Shown piece after piece: positions 10,288 through 19,555 of a stretch of DNA of 64,000 nt. A program made the translations under genes and the position numbers. Numbering within the stretch: the first letter of the stretch is position 1; every line of letters starts with the position of its first letter. The notes below the pieces were generated by a model. That model saw only the letters and a list, made by a program, of their open reading frames with translations, made no database searches and had not been told where the DNA came from. Source of the stretch: Polyangiaceae bacterium (lineage in GTDB: Bacteria > Myxococcota_A > Polyangia > Polyangiales > Polyangiaceae); the NCBI GenBank assembly GCA_041389745.1, contig JAWKRF010000008.1, positions 216,500 to 280,499 on the forward strand, read 5' to 3'.

Positions 10288-10983
10288 TTACTCGGTCTCG
10301 GGCAGCGCTTCGTCACCCAGGCTGTTGATGTCGACCCGCTTGGCGAAGGAGCGCAGCACAGCACGCTCCTCGACGAGTTCGTTGCCCTCTTGGGTCATGA
10401 TGTCCAATCGCACGATCCCGACATCGGGACAGTACAGCGTCGTGACCCGACTCTGAGCTTCGGCGCCGCCCGCGTCTTCCTGCGTCTCGAGGCAGCCCCT
10501 GAAGCTTCCCGCTGGCGTTTCGATGGGGACGTCCGTGCGGGTGATGCGCACGCGGCCGTTCTTGCCGGGGAACTCTGCGCCGACCTGGAGGGGCGCCTTC
10601 AGCACCCAGCCGCCCCCGATGTCGCGCACGCCATCGGACGCGAGCTCGAGGTGGGTGACGCGGCTCCCGACCTTCAAGTCCACGCGCTGGTCACGCACGT
10701 GGTCCACCTGGATCCATAGATTGCCGATGCGCCGCCCGTCGCTGTAGGTGTCGTAGGTGTAGACGAAGTCATTCGGTAACGGCAGGAACCTGGCGACCGC
10801 CGTCTCCGCGATGCTTGCCTTCGGCGGGGCGGAGGGAGGCGGCTCGCTGTCTCCACACGCCGCGACCAAGAGCCCCAGTGCGAAGGTCGCTGCACATTTC
10901 CTTGCGGATATCCGTGCCGCCAACAGCGGCAGCCCGGCGCTGAGGAGCGGCGGCTCAGTGGGCGTGGGCACCGTGGCTCGCAT
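10288..10983 (-). CDS. hypothetical lipoprotein
   Basis: N-terminus ...ARKCAATFALGLLVAACGDSE (lipobox). ATG at 10983 overlaps the upstream gene by 29 nt. An in-frame TTG at 10923 would give a more canonical signal peptide. The stop abuts the stop of the convergent gene at 10287. Confidence 0.5.
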   Translation of the reverse strand: MRATVPTPTEPPLLSAGLPLLAARISARKCAATFALGLLVAACGDSEPPPSAPPKASIAETAVARFLPLPNDFVYTYDTYSDGRRIGNLWIQVDHVRDQRVDLKVGSRVTHLELASDGVRDIGGGWVLKAPLQVGAEFPGKNGRVRITRTDVPIETPAGSFRGCLETQEDAGGAEAQSRVTTLYCPDVGIVRLDIMTQEGNELVEERAVLRSFAKRVDINSLGDEALPETE

Positions 10984-11368
10984 ACGCGTACCAGACTAGC
11001 GCACCGAGCAAGAGCGTTGTCGCCAGAAGCAGGTACTTGAGCAGCGGATCGGGGTCGATGCGGCGGCGCAACTCCCGCGCCGCGCTCCGCACCTCGGGAC
11101 TCTTGCCGTGCTCGATCAGCGTCGGCGCCAGCTCCCGCACCGCGTGATAGTTCCCCGACTCGAAGGCCGCGATGAGTCGCTCGAGCTCGGCATCCTGCGG
11201 AAAATCCAGCAGAAAGCGTGGGCGCTCGCGGCCCTTCTCGTCCAGCTCGGCGCGCTTGAACCCGGCCTTGCTCCGGCCTTGCTTGCGCTTCTTGCGGCGC
11301 CGCTTGGGGCTTCGGTCAGCCGCCTCGGCCGCTGCGCCCTCTTCCGAGGCATCGCTCATGGCGCGCAC
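10955..11368 (-). CDS. hypothetical tail-anchored membrane protein with Lys/Arg-rich N-terminus
   Basis: 137-aa ORF with a KRRRKKRKQGRSK basic patch, a helical middle and a single C-terminal TM (LLLATTLLLGALVWYAY). No family recognised. Confidence 0.45.
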   Translation of the reverse strand: MRAMSDASEEGAAAEAADRSPKRRRKKRKQGRSKAGFKRAELDEKGRERPRFLLDFPQDAELERLIAAFESGNYHAVRELAPTLIEHGKSPEVRSAARELRRRIDPDPLLKYLLLATTLLLGALVWYAYASHGAHAH

Positions 11369-11387
11369 CGTACATCGAGCCCGACAC

Positions 11388-13118
11388 TCAGTCGATGGAA
11401 TCGACCCGCTGCAGACCTTTGCGACTCACCACCACCCGCAGGCGGTGCCAAGCCGAGGTCTCGTCGGCGTAGCGCAGGCGGTAGACGACGGCGATGTTGT
11501 AGACCCTTGGCGCCTTGTAGCTCCGAATGCTCTGGGTCTCGCGATCCGCGACCACCACGGTCTGCTTGGGGTCGTCGGTGTGAGCGAGCCAGCGATGGAG
11601 GTCGAGGCGGAAGATCTCGGCCAGGCCATCGAAGTCAGGGCCCAGCTCGGCCAGCCGCTCGTTGTCGAGGACGAATGACTTCTTGTGGCAGAGCACGGTC
11701 TCCGGACGCGCCACCTCTTCGATGGAGTGGACTCGAGTGCGCCGCCTCGCAGCAAGGACTTCGGGCTGCACGTCGTGGAATGGCACGAACCCCGAGTGCT
11801 CATCCACGATGGCGATGCGCTTGCCCGTCTTGTCCGTGATGTCCCAGCGTCGGTCTGGAAAGTGGCGGGCCACCACGTTGCTGAAGGCCTCTTGCAGGAT
11901 CGCCTTGAGCCGATCTTTCACGGCATAGGCGATCACCGCCGCAAACAGCCAAGGGGTCATGCTTTCGGTCGGAGCGACGCCGTTCCACAGCGCTGCGCCG
12001 ACCGCGAACGCCATCGCTGCGCTGGCCGCGATGGCGTACAGGGCATGGCGAATCCAGCGACCCGGCTCCCGGATCCGGGTCTGCAGCCAGAGCACGCTCG
12101 ACGTGAAGCGCTTCAACACGTGGCGCTGGAACTCGAAGTGCTCGACGCGCTCAGGGCGCAGGGAGCCCGAGAGCTCGAGCTCCAGGCCGCAGTCCTCGCG
12201 GGACCGCACCGCCGCGAGCGCCGCCCCGGTCAGCGCCTCGACCAGCTCGCGCGGGGCACCTGCGCGCTTCAGCTTGCGCGCCACACGACCGAAGAATGCC
12301 TCGAACATCAACGAGATCTCTGCCTTGACCCAGTCCGCGGCGGTGAGCGTGGTGTCGTCCACATCGGCGCGCTCGCCAAGCTCGTGAGCGATGGTGCCGA
12401 TCAGCTCCTCGAGAACCCTCGGACCGACCTCCATGGCTCTGCGAACCTGCATCTCGAGGCTACGGGGGAGGGTCCAGTGGGTGCCTGGCTTCGGCATCAC
12501 CCCGGAGCTCTCGCCCTTTCCTTTCCGTCTCCGCGCGAACTCCCGCTGGCTGCTCTCCAGCTCGACGACGATGTGTCGCTCCGCGTTCGCGAGGGCGTCG
12601 CGCAGCAGGCAGGACACGAGTCTGAGACCATCCAGGGCTTCAGCGCCGTCGGCGCGGAGCGAGGTGCGTAGTCGAGCCAGCGGTTCACCGAGCAGATCAC
12701 GCAACGGCTCCTCCCGCGGAGCCAGGCGCACGTAGGACTTCAGATCCGCGTAGATGTCGTCCTGGCGGTAGGTCTGACTATCCAGACGGAAGCTGTCTGG
12801 GACGAAGAAGTAGACCTCCCACTCGAAGCGTTCGAAGAGCCTGAAGCGGTCCTGGAGGTTGCGGGCCCGATAGACGAGGGAGCACTGGAGGTGCGTGCGA
12901 TCGTGGATGCTCCAGCGCGCGTTGTGCGGGGCTCGTGGCGCCTCGGACTTTGCGCCCGGGGGTCTCAGGGAGAAGGGCGGCGCGTCGTGCTTCGCCTCTT
13001 CGGTCAGCTCCCCAAGCTCTCCCACGGCGGGCTCGGCGTGCCCGTGGGCCCGCCGATGTTCGCCAGCGGACACTCTCGAAGTCGTCGCACGGGAGCTGGC
13101 GCGCGACAGGTTGGACAT
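11388..13118 (-). CDS. hypothetical 576-aa protein with two central TM helices
   Basis: Long ORF with coding-like composition. Central hydrophobic pair ALYAIAASAAMAFAVGAALW / WLFAAVIAYAV. No family recognised. It starts 79 nt downstream of the MBOAT gene on the same strand. Confidence 0.55.
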   Translation of the reverse strand: MSNLSRASSRATTSRVSAGEHRRAHGHAEPAVGELGELTEEAKHDAPPFSLRPPGAKSEAPRAPHNARWSIHDRTHLQCSLVYRARNLQDRFRLFERFEWEVYFFVPDSFRLDSQTYRQDDIYADLKSYVRLAPREEPLRDLLGEPLARLRTSLRADGAEALDGLRLVSCLLRDALANAERHIVVELESSQREFARRRKGKGESSGVMPKPGTHWTLPRSLEMQVRRAMEVGPRVLEELIGTIAHELGERADVDDTTLTAADWVKAEISLMFEAFFGRVARKLKRAGAPRELVEALTGAALAAVRSREDCGLELELSGSLRPERVEHFEFQRHVLKRFTSSVLWLQTRIREPGRWIRHALYAIAASAAMAFAVGAALWNGVAPTESMTPWLFAAVIAYAVKDRLKAILQEAFSNVVARHFPDRRWDITDKTGKRIAIVDEHSGFVPFHDVQPEVLAARRRTRVHSIEEVARPETVLCHKKSFVLDNERLAELGPDFDGLAEIFRLDLHRWLAHTDDPKQTVVVADRETQSIRSYKAPRVYNIAVVYRLRYADETSAWHRLRVVVSRKGLQRVDSID

Positions 13119-13197
13119 CCCGTTACCATACCGTCACGATTACGTTGCGCAACTGCCACCGTGCGCGACGCGCCCAGAGGTCGGGGTCAGGCGAGCT

Positions 13198-15039
13198 TCA
13201 GAACTGGAAGTAGACGAACGGGACCGCCTGAGCGCTCACCATCTCGCGTACCCAGAGCAAGAGGGCGAGCAGGATCACCCCCTGAGTGAAGGCTGGCGCT
13301 CGCTTGAAGGTCTCCCGAGCCCACACGAACAGCGGTTCTGGCACGTAGTGACTGCAAAGCCCCAGCCCCAGCACCCCCAGCACCTTCGCTGGCAGGTTCG
13401 GGTGGAAGTGGGTGAGCTGGCCGAGCTGAGAGAACATCAGCCAGGCCTTCTGGAAGCTATCCGCGCGGAAAAATACCCAGCAGGCGCAGACGAAGTGGAA
13501 CGTGATCAGTACGCCGAGCAGGGTGCCCCACCAGGTGCGAGGCGGGCTCCACCCCTTGCCTGGCAGGCGTCGCTGGGACGCGCCCTCCTCCCAGACCCAG
13601 AACGCGTGGCGCTCACGTTCGCGCTCCACGCGCGCCCGCTGGAAGCGGGTGGAGTGCCACCGACGGTGCACGGCAAGGGCGCTGCCATGCAGGCCGCCCC
13701 AGACCACGAAGGTCCAGGCGGCACCGTGCCAGAGCCCTCCCAGCAACATGGTGAGCATCAGGTTGACGTAGGTTCGCGCCTCGCCCTTCCGGTTTCCGCC
13801 CAGAGGGATGTACAGGTAGTCGCGCAGCCAGGTGGAGAGCGAGATGTGCCAGCGCCGCCAGAAGTCCTGAATGTCTGGCGCCTTGTAGGGCGAGTCGAAG
13901 TTGAGGGGAAAACGCACACCGAGCAGCAGCGCCGAGCCGATCGCCATGTCGGTGTAGCCCGAGAAGTCGCAGTAGATCTGCACCGCGTAGCCAAGCACGC
14001 CCGCGTAGCACTCGAGGCTCGAGTAGTGCATCGGAGCGTCGAAGACGCGGTCCACCAGGTTCAGCGCCAGGTAGTCCCCGATGCAGACCTTCTTCACCAG
14101 ACCGACGCCGATGAGGAACAGGCCCTCGGCGCCTTCCCGCGAGCTCCAGCGTGGCTGCTTCGCGAGCTGCGGCAATAGATCCCGGGGCCGAACGATGGGG
14201 CCCGCGACCAGGTGCGGGAAGAAGGCCACGAAGGCCAGGTACTCGAGGTAGCTCTTCTGAGGCTCGATGTCGCCTCGATACACGTCGATGACGTAGCTCA
14301 TCGACTCGAAGGTGAAGAAGCTGATCCCCACTGGCAGCGCGATGCGCAGGGCGATCTCCGGCGGGTGCATCCCCAGGGATTCGAGCACCGCGCGGGCGGT
14401 GTCGACACCGAAGTTGAAGTACTTGAAAACGCCGAGCACGCCGAGGTTGACCACCGCCGTGATGACCAGCCAACGCTTCTTCTTGGCGTGATCCTGCTCG
14501 TTGTGAATCGCGTGGCCCAGCAGCCAGTCGATCGAGGACGAGAGGAAGATCAGGGGCAGGAAACGCCAATCCCAGTGCGCGTAGAAGACGTAGCTCGCGA
14601 GGAGCACGAAGATCAGCCGCAGCTTCCTCGCGCGCACCAGCAGCAGCAGCAGGCAGAACCCCACCACCGCCAGGATGACGCTGCTCACGATTCCGTGGGG
14701 TAATGGTACCTTGAGCGCCGACAGGCCCAGCCCCAGTGGATCGCGTCCAGCGTGGCGGAAGCTGAGCCAGCCGAGCGCGATGAAGTTCACTGCGACCGCC
14801 GCGAGCGCCGCTGGCAGCGGCGGGGTCTCCCCCGTGTGTTTCTGGTGGCAGAGCCTGAGGGAGAGCAACCCGGAGACGGCCGTGATGCCCGCGTTGGTGA
14901 GCGTCCAAGGCAGGCTCAGCACGTACCCGAGCAGCAAGAACCAGGGCAGCATGAGCGCCCAGCGGCGGCGCGCGAGCACCCACGACACGACGAAGACGAA
15001 GGCGAAGAATCTGGCGTAGTCGAGGGTGTTGAAGAGCAC
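13198..15039 (-). CDS. MBOAT-family O-acyltransferase, AlgI/PatA-like
   Basis: MLFNTLDYARFFAFVF N-terminus, LLASYVFYAHW, FPHLVAGPIVR, DFSGYTDMAIG, FWRRWHISLSTWLRDYLYIPLGGNRKG, GGLWHGAAW and a C-terminal FVYFQF. All closely resemble AlgI as I remember it. Confidence 0.9.
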   Translation of the reverse strand: MLFNTLDYARFFAFVFVVSWVLARRRWALMLPWFLLLGYVLSLPWTLTNAGITAVSGLLSLRLCHQKHTGETPPLPAALAAVAVNFIALGWLSFRHAGRDPLGLGLSALKVPLPHGIVSSVILAVVGFCLLLLLVRARKLRLIFVLLASYVFYAHWDWRFLPLIFLSSSIDWLLGHAIHNEQDHAKKKRWLVITAVVNLGVLGVFKYFNFGVDTARAVLESLGMHPPEIALRIALPVGISFFTFESMSYVIDVYRGDIEPQKSYLEYLAFVAFFPHLVAGPIVRPRDLLPQLAKQPRWSSREGAEGLFLIGVGLVKKVCIGDYLALNLVDRVFDAPMHYSSLECYAGVLGYAVQIYCDFSGYTDMAIGSALLLGVRFPLNFDSPYKAPDIQDFWRRWHISLSTWLRDYLYIPLGGNRKGEARTYVNLMLTMLLGGLWHGAAWTFVVWGGLHGSALAVHRRWHSTRFQRARVERERERHAFWVWEEGASQRRLPGKGWSPPRTWWGTLLGVLITFHFVCACWVFFRADSFQKAWLMFSQLGQLTHFHPNLPAKVLGVLGLGLCSHYVPEPLFVWARETFKRAPAFTQGVILLALLLWVREMVSAQAVPFVYFQF

Positions 15040-15161
15040 GAGTCTGACCGTCGTGGGCGCGAAACCAGACGACGGGCGTAGAGGACAAAGGTCTCGGCGC
15101 CAACCCTTTCGCGCGCCTCGTGTCGCGAGGTTTCTCTCCCTGGCCGTGAAATAATCAGCCC

Positions 15162-15195
15162 CTCACCCCCGAACCCTTGGATAAGCCCGGGTTCG
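15162..15195. repeat. copy of CTCACCCCCGAAC motif overlapping a CGAACCC-N12-GGGTTCG hairpin
   Basis: 13-mer at 15162-15174. 7-bp inverted arms at 15170-15176 and 15189-15195. It lies in the divergent intergenic region upstream of the MBOAT gene. Confidence 0.5.
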
Positions 15196-15301
15196 TCGAC
15201 CTGGGTGCCAGCATCCGACCGCGTGTTCCTGGCCCTAAACACAACTTCACACTGGCTTGGTTGACGGCACCCGGATTGGGGCCAACGCTTCCCCCTGCAG
15301 C

Positions 15302-15817
15302 ATGATTGGTCGGTTTCTCCTGGGTTTGATCAAGGGCGTCGTGGTCGGCGCGGTGGTCGCCGTCGTCTTGGTCAAAGGTCTCGGGATCGTCACCTGGGGT
15401 GCCGTCGTCGCTTACGTCGCAGCGGTCGTGACCGGGCTCCTCACCGCGTTGGTGAGTGGGAAGGCGATCTGGGTGCGCGACGCGGGTGTGGAGAACGCGA
15501 TCAAGGCGGTGGCCGGCGTGCTGATCGCGGTGGTCGGGATGTACGGGGTGCGGCGCTGGCTGCCCTACTCAGTGGACCTGTCGCTGCTCCAGGCGGGCAG
15601 CGGAAGGCTCGGGGATCTGCCCGCCGCCGCCTTGCCCTTGGTGGGCACGCTGCTCGCGCTGATGTTCGAGATCGACAACACGGGAGAGTCGGCGAAGGAG
15701 GCGGGTCGCGCGCAGTCGAAGCAGCGCATCGCCGAGTCGAAGCGTGTCGAGGAACTGGACGTCGCCGAGTCCGAGCTAGCCACGCATAGCTCGCCGCGTC
15801 GTCGCGCGCGCCACTGA
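15302..15817 (+). CDS. hypothetical membrane protein
   Basis: ATG at 15302 gives MIGRFLLGLIKGVVVGAVVAVVLV... Three to four predicted TM helices and an acidic/basic C-terminal tail. The ORF track start at 15257 is a TTG. Confidence 0.5.
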   Translation: MIGRFLLGLIKGVVVGAVVAVVLVKGLGIVTWGAVVAYVAAVVTGLLTALVSGKAIWVRDAGVENAIKAVAGVLIAVVGMYGVRRWLPYSVDLSLLQAGSGRLGDLPAAALPLVGTLLALMFEIDNTGESAKEAGRAQSKQRIAESKRVEELDVAESELATHSSPRRRARH

Positions 15818-15885
15818 AGCCGCGCTTCCCGGACGAACCCTCGATCGCCGAGCGGGAATAGGGTGCGGCGGACCGGCTGCCAAGT

Positions 15886-16704
15886 ATGCTGCGCTCCCGC
15901 GCCACCTCGATCATGCCGCCCTCTCGCATCTTGCTCGTCGTCGCCACGCTGGGTGGCATTGCGCTGATGGTGCGCTCGCTCTGGGGGGAGCCGATCCCGC
16001 TGGAGTATGCCGTCGCCGCCTTGCTGGCCTACGTTGCCCTGGCCACGGCGGGCGTGCTGATCCCACAGCTCGAGATGTTCGGTGACGTGCTGTGGCGCGG
16101 GGAGGCCGATCAGGGAGTCGCGCTGACCTTCGATGATGGGCCTCACCCCGAACACACGCCCAGGATCCTGGATATCCTCGAGGAAAAAAACGTCCGAGCG
16201 ACCTTCTTCGTGGTCGGGCGGAAGGTGCGGCTGTTCCCCGAACTGGTGAAGCAGATCGCCGAGCGCGGCCATGGTCTGGGCCTGCACGGCTACCAGCATG
16301 ACCGGCTATTTTCCTGGAAGACCCCCAGGTACGTCGAGGAGGACATCCAGCGCACGCAGACGGCGATCGAGGAGGCGTGCGGAGTGCGCCCCACGCTATT
16401 TCGTCCGCCGATCGGCCACGTGTCGACCCGTGTGGCGGCGGGGGCGAAGGAGGCGGGGGTCACCCTGGTCGCCTGGAGCGCCAAGGGCCGCGATGGCCTG
16501 AAGGGCGCCGATCCAGATCGGGTCCTCGCGCGCCTCGTTGATGGACTCAAGCCTGGCGCGATTCTGTTGCTGCACGACGCCGCAGAGCGCGACGACTTCG
16601 TTCCGGTGTCCATCGAGGTCCTGCCGCGCTTGCTCCAGGCGATCCAGGATCGAGAGCTGACGGTCGTGCCGCTGGAAAATTTCCTCGAGGAAGTGGATGT
16701 TTAG
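15886..16704 (+). CDS. polysaccharide deacetylase (NodB homology domain) with N-terminal TM
   Basis: ALTFDDGP, LGLHGYQHD and RPPIGH motifs of the carbohydrate esterase 4 / NodB domain. Confidence 0.85.
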   Translation: MLRSRATSIMPPSRILLVVATLGGIALMVRSLWGEPIPLEYAVAALLAYVALATAGVLIPQLEMFGDVLWRGEADQGVALTFDDGPHPEHTPRILDILEEKNVRATFFVVGRKVRLFPELVKQIAERGHGLGLHGYQHDRLFSWKTPRYVEEDIQRTQTAIEEACGVRPTLFRPPIGHVSTRVAAGAKEAGVTLVAWSAKGRDGLKGADPDRVLARLVDGLKPGAILLLHDAAERDDFVPVSIEVLPRLLQAIQDRELTVVPLENFLEEVDV

Positions 16705-16716
16705 GGGGTGAGGGCG

Positions 16717-18066
16717 TCACAGCTCCCGCCGCGGTGGGAGCACGGCGTTGGCCATCAAGAGGCCACCCACCAACGTGGCGGCCACCAGAAACATGCGGAA
16801 GACGCCCTCGGTCCCCGTGAGCACGTCACGCTCCAGGAAGGAGTTCAGGCTCCGAAAGCCGATCGAGCCGGGCACGAGCAGCATGATGCCAGGCACCAGC
16901 GTGATGCTGGCCGGTCGCTTGAGCTGGCGCGCGAGCCAGTTGGAGATCCCCGCCACCACGAAGGCTCCCGCGAAGGCGCCCAGCTCGGGCCCGAGCAGGT
17001 GAGCGCCGGCGCGAGCGCCGAGGAATCCCAGGACGCTGGTCAGCGCGATCAGTGGGATGTCTCGACGTCTGGCGCGAAACAAGACGCCGAACGCGAGCGG
17101 CGTGACGGCGAGCGCGACGAACTCCACCACTGCCGGGAGCTCGGCGCTCCGCGCTGGCAGGGTGGTGGGCCCGAGCAGCCTCTGAACCAGCTCGCGTCCG
17201 AGCCCCACGCCGAGCCCCATCTGCAAGAACGTCACCAGAGCTGCGGCGAAGCGCGCCGTGCCGCTCATCAAGTGCGCCGTCGCCAGCTCGCTCATGGCCA
17301 CCGTCAACGTCAGGCCCGGCACCAGCACGATCAGCGCGCTGACCGTGATCACGCTGGGGCTGAGCGGGAGGTAGTGTCCCAGGGCTAGCGCCAGCGCGGC
17401 CGCGAGGCAGCTGGCCAGCGCAGGATAGATGCGGCGGGTCGCTGCGGCGCGGTCCATCCACAGCGTCAGCGCGCCAAGGCAGAGGCCGAGCGCCGCAGAG
17501 AACGCCACGTCGAGCGCGTTGCCTCGAAAGAAGCAGGCTGCGCCCGCGGAGCTGACGCCAAAGGCGACGGGGGCGAGCCAGGCGGGGTAGGGATGCGGGG
17601 CGCTGGCCACCAGATCCAGGTGCTCGAAGCCTTGTCGCAGGGAAACGTTGCCCTTGCCGATCGAGTCGATGAGTGCGTCCAGCTCCACCAGGCGACTGAG
17701 GTTCACCTCGCCTGGCTCGACACGCACCATGTGGGTCTGCGCGACACGGTCGTCACCGACCGCGATGAACAGGGACGTTGGCGTCGAGAACAGCTGCGCT
17801 CTCAGGCCGAGCCGGGCGGCGCACCCGCCCAGCGCTTCTTCCAGGCGCATCGCCGACGTACCCTGGGCGTGCAAGACCCGGCCGAGTCGCATCAGGAACG
17901 CGCTCGCGTCCTGGAGATAGGCCACGTCTGCGTCGTTCAGGGTGCCTGTGGGCAGCGAGTTCTTCAGCTCACTCGAGAGCTCGGAGAGGTCGAGCTGACT
18001 GGGTAACTGGAGGCCGATGCTGGGGCGTGAGGCTGGCGCGATCGAGTGCCTTGAAGAGTCAGTCAT
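16717..18066 (-). CDS. threonine/serine exporter family (ThrE-like; DUF1212 + ThrE_2) membrane protein
   Basis: ATG at 18066 (MTDSSRHS...). A soluble N-terminal region is followed by about 10 TM helices, with sequence reminiscent of YjjP/YjjB-type fusions. The ATG overlaps the kinase stop (CATGACTGA on the minus strand). Confidence 0.6.
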   Translation of the reverse strand: MTDSSRHSIAPASRPSIGLQLPSQLDLSELSSELKNSLPTGTLNDADVAYLQDASAFLMRLGRVLHAQGTSAMRLEEALGGCAARLGLRAQLFSTPTSLFIAVGDDRVAQTHMVRVEPGEVNLSRLVELDALIDSIGKGNVSLRQGFEHLDLVASAPHPYPAWLAPVAFGVSSAGAACFFRGNALDVAFSAALGLCLGALTLWMDRAAATRRIYPALASCLAAALALALGHYLPLSPSVITVSALIVLVPGLTLTVAMSELATAHLMSGTARFAAALVTFLQMGLGVGLGRELVQRLLGPTTLPARSAELPAVVEFVALAVTPLAFGVLFRARRRDIPLIALTSVLGFLGARAGAHLLGPELGAFAGAFVVAGISNWLARQLKRPASITLVPGIMLLVPGSIGFRSLNSFLERDVLTGTEGVFRMFLVAATLVGGLLMANAVLPPRREL

Positions 18067-19513
18067 GGGCGACGATGGGCAGCTCCACGACGAAGCGCGC
18101 ACCGTCCTCGTATTCCGGGTCCAGATCGATGTGGCCGCCAGCGGCTTCCACCAATCCACGACACACCGAGAGGCCGAGGCCGGTGCCCTTGCCCACCTCC
18201 TTGGTGGTGACGAATGGCTCGAAGAGTTGGTCCCGCACCTTCGGTGACACGCCGGGGCCATCGTCTGCGACGCTCAGGCGGACGCCTCGGGGGCTGGGCT
18301 CGGCGCGCACTACCACGCGGCCTCCGGCTCCGCACGCGTCCGCGGCGTTCAGCACCAGGTTCAGCAGCACCTGCACCAGCTGCTCACGACTCATGCGCAC
18401 CGGCGCCAGGTCCGGGAACACGTCGACCTCCAGCGCGATCTCGCGCAGCGCCTTCTGCGGGGTCACCAGCGTGACGGTGTCGTGGACTGCCGTCTCCACG
18501 TCCCCACCGTCCGGGTTCTCGTCCTGACTTGGTCGAGCGAACTGCAGCAAGTCTCGCAGGATGGCGTGTATGCGCTCGGTCTCCTTGCGCATGCGAAGCA
18601 GGAAGTCCTTCTGTTCGGCTTCGTCGAGCCCACCCTCGATCAGCAGATCCTCGAGACCGATCAAGGCAGCTATGGGGTTGCCGATCTCGTGGGCCAACCC
18701 CGCGGCCAATCGGCCAACGCTGGCGAGTCGCTCCGAGCGCACCAGATGGGCTTGCGCTGCTTCCAGCTCCCGCGTCGCCCGCTCCACCTCGTCGACCTTG
18801 CGGCGCAACGCCTCTTCCTCCGCGAGCAAGTGCTCCGTCATTTGCCGCAAGGAAATGCCCAGCTGCGTCAGCTCACGGGCGCCAGAGCGCGGCAGCTCCA
18901 GCTTTCGCGCTCCCTGGGCGACCCTGCTCGCTGCGCGGCCCAGGCTGTCCAGTGGGCGGACGATCCAGCGGGTGAGCACGAAGTAGCTCAGCAGCAGCAA
19001 CGCGAAGGCGATCACTGAGGTGTAGAGCGCGAACAAGCGCAGCAGCGGCGCGACACGCGCGGCGTCGTCGTCGGTGCGCAGCACGGCGGCGACGGCCCCG
19101 TGACTGTCCGGGACGACGACGGCGATCCCTGGACCGTAGTTCGTGCGCGCCGAGAAGACGCGCTCGCTCCCTGGGACGACGCTCGTTGGCAGCTCGTCCA
19201 CCGCGATCGGCTCGCCGACGCGCGCGATCGCTTTTCCCTGGGGACCATACACACCGATCGCTTCGAGCCCGCTGGCGCCGATCTCCGAGTGGAGCAGCTC
19301 CATGAGTTCTGCGTGGGTGCGTCGTCCGCGCGCCTCGGCGACGTGTCCGGCGACGGCGCGTCCGAGCGACCTCGCCGAGGCGTATCGAACCTCTTGCAGC
19401 GTGACCCGGGTGTAGGTCGAGACCGCGAAGTAGAGCGGCAAGAGCCCGAGCAGGAGCAATCCGCCCAGGAGCAGCAGCAGCTGCAGTCGAAGCCCCGGCT
19501 TCACGTCGGCCAT
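18059..19513 (-). CDS. sensor histidine kinase (two TM, HAMP, HisKA, HATPase_c)
   Basis: H-box LAHEIGNPIAAL, N-box LLNLVLNAADA, DDGPGV and GTGLGLSV boxes. Two hydrophobic segments flank a periplasmic-size loop. Confidence 0.9.
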   Translation of the reverse strand: MADVKPGLRLQLLLLLGGLLLLGLLPLYFAVSTYTRVTLQEVRYASARSLGRAVAGHVAEARGRRTHAELMELLHSEIGASGLEAIGVYGPQGKAIARVGEPIAVDELPTSVVPGSERVFSARTNYGPGIAVVVPDSHGAVAAVLRTDDDAARVAPLLRLFALYTSVIAFALLLLSYFVLTRWIVRPLDSLGRAASRVAQGARKLELPRSGARELTQLGISLRQMTEHLLAEEEALRRKVDEVERATRELEAAQAHLVRSERLASVGRLAAGLAHEIGNPIAALIGLEDLLIEGGLDEAEQKDFLLRMRKETERIHAILRDLLQFARPSQDENPDGGDVETAVHDTVTLVTPQKALREIALEVDVFPDLAPVRMSREQLVQVLLNLVLNAADACGAGGRVVVRAEPSPRGVRLSVADDGPGVSPKVRDQLFEPFVTTKEVGKGTGLGLSVCRGLVEAAGGHIDLDPEYEDGARFVVELPIVAHD

Positions 19514-19555
19514 TCTGTCAGGGCCTGACCGCGCTGGCGATCGGTGCCGAACGAA

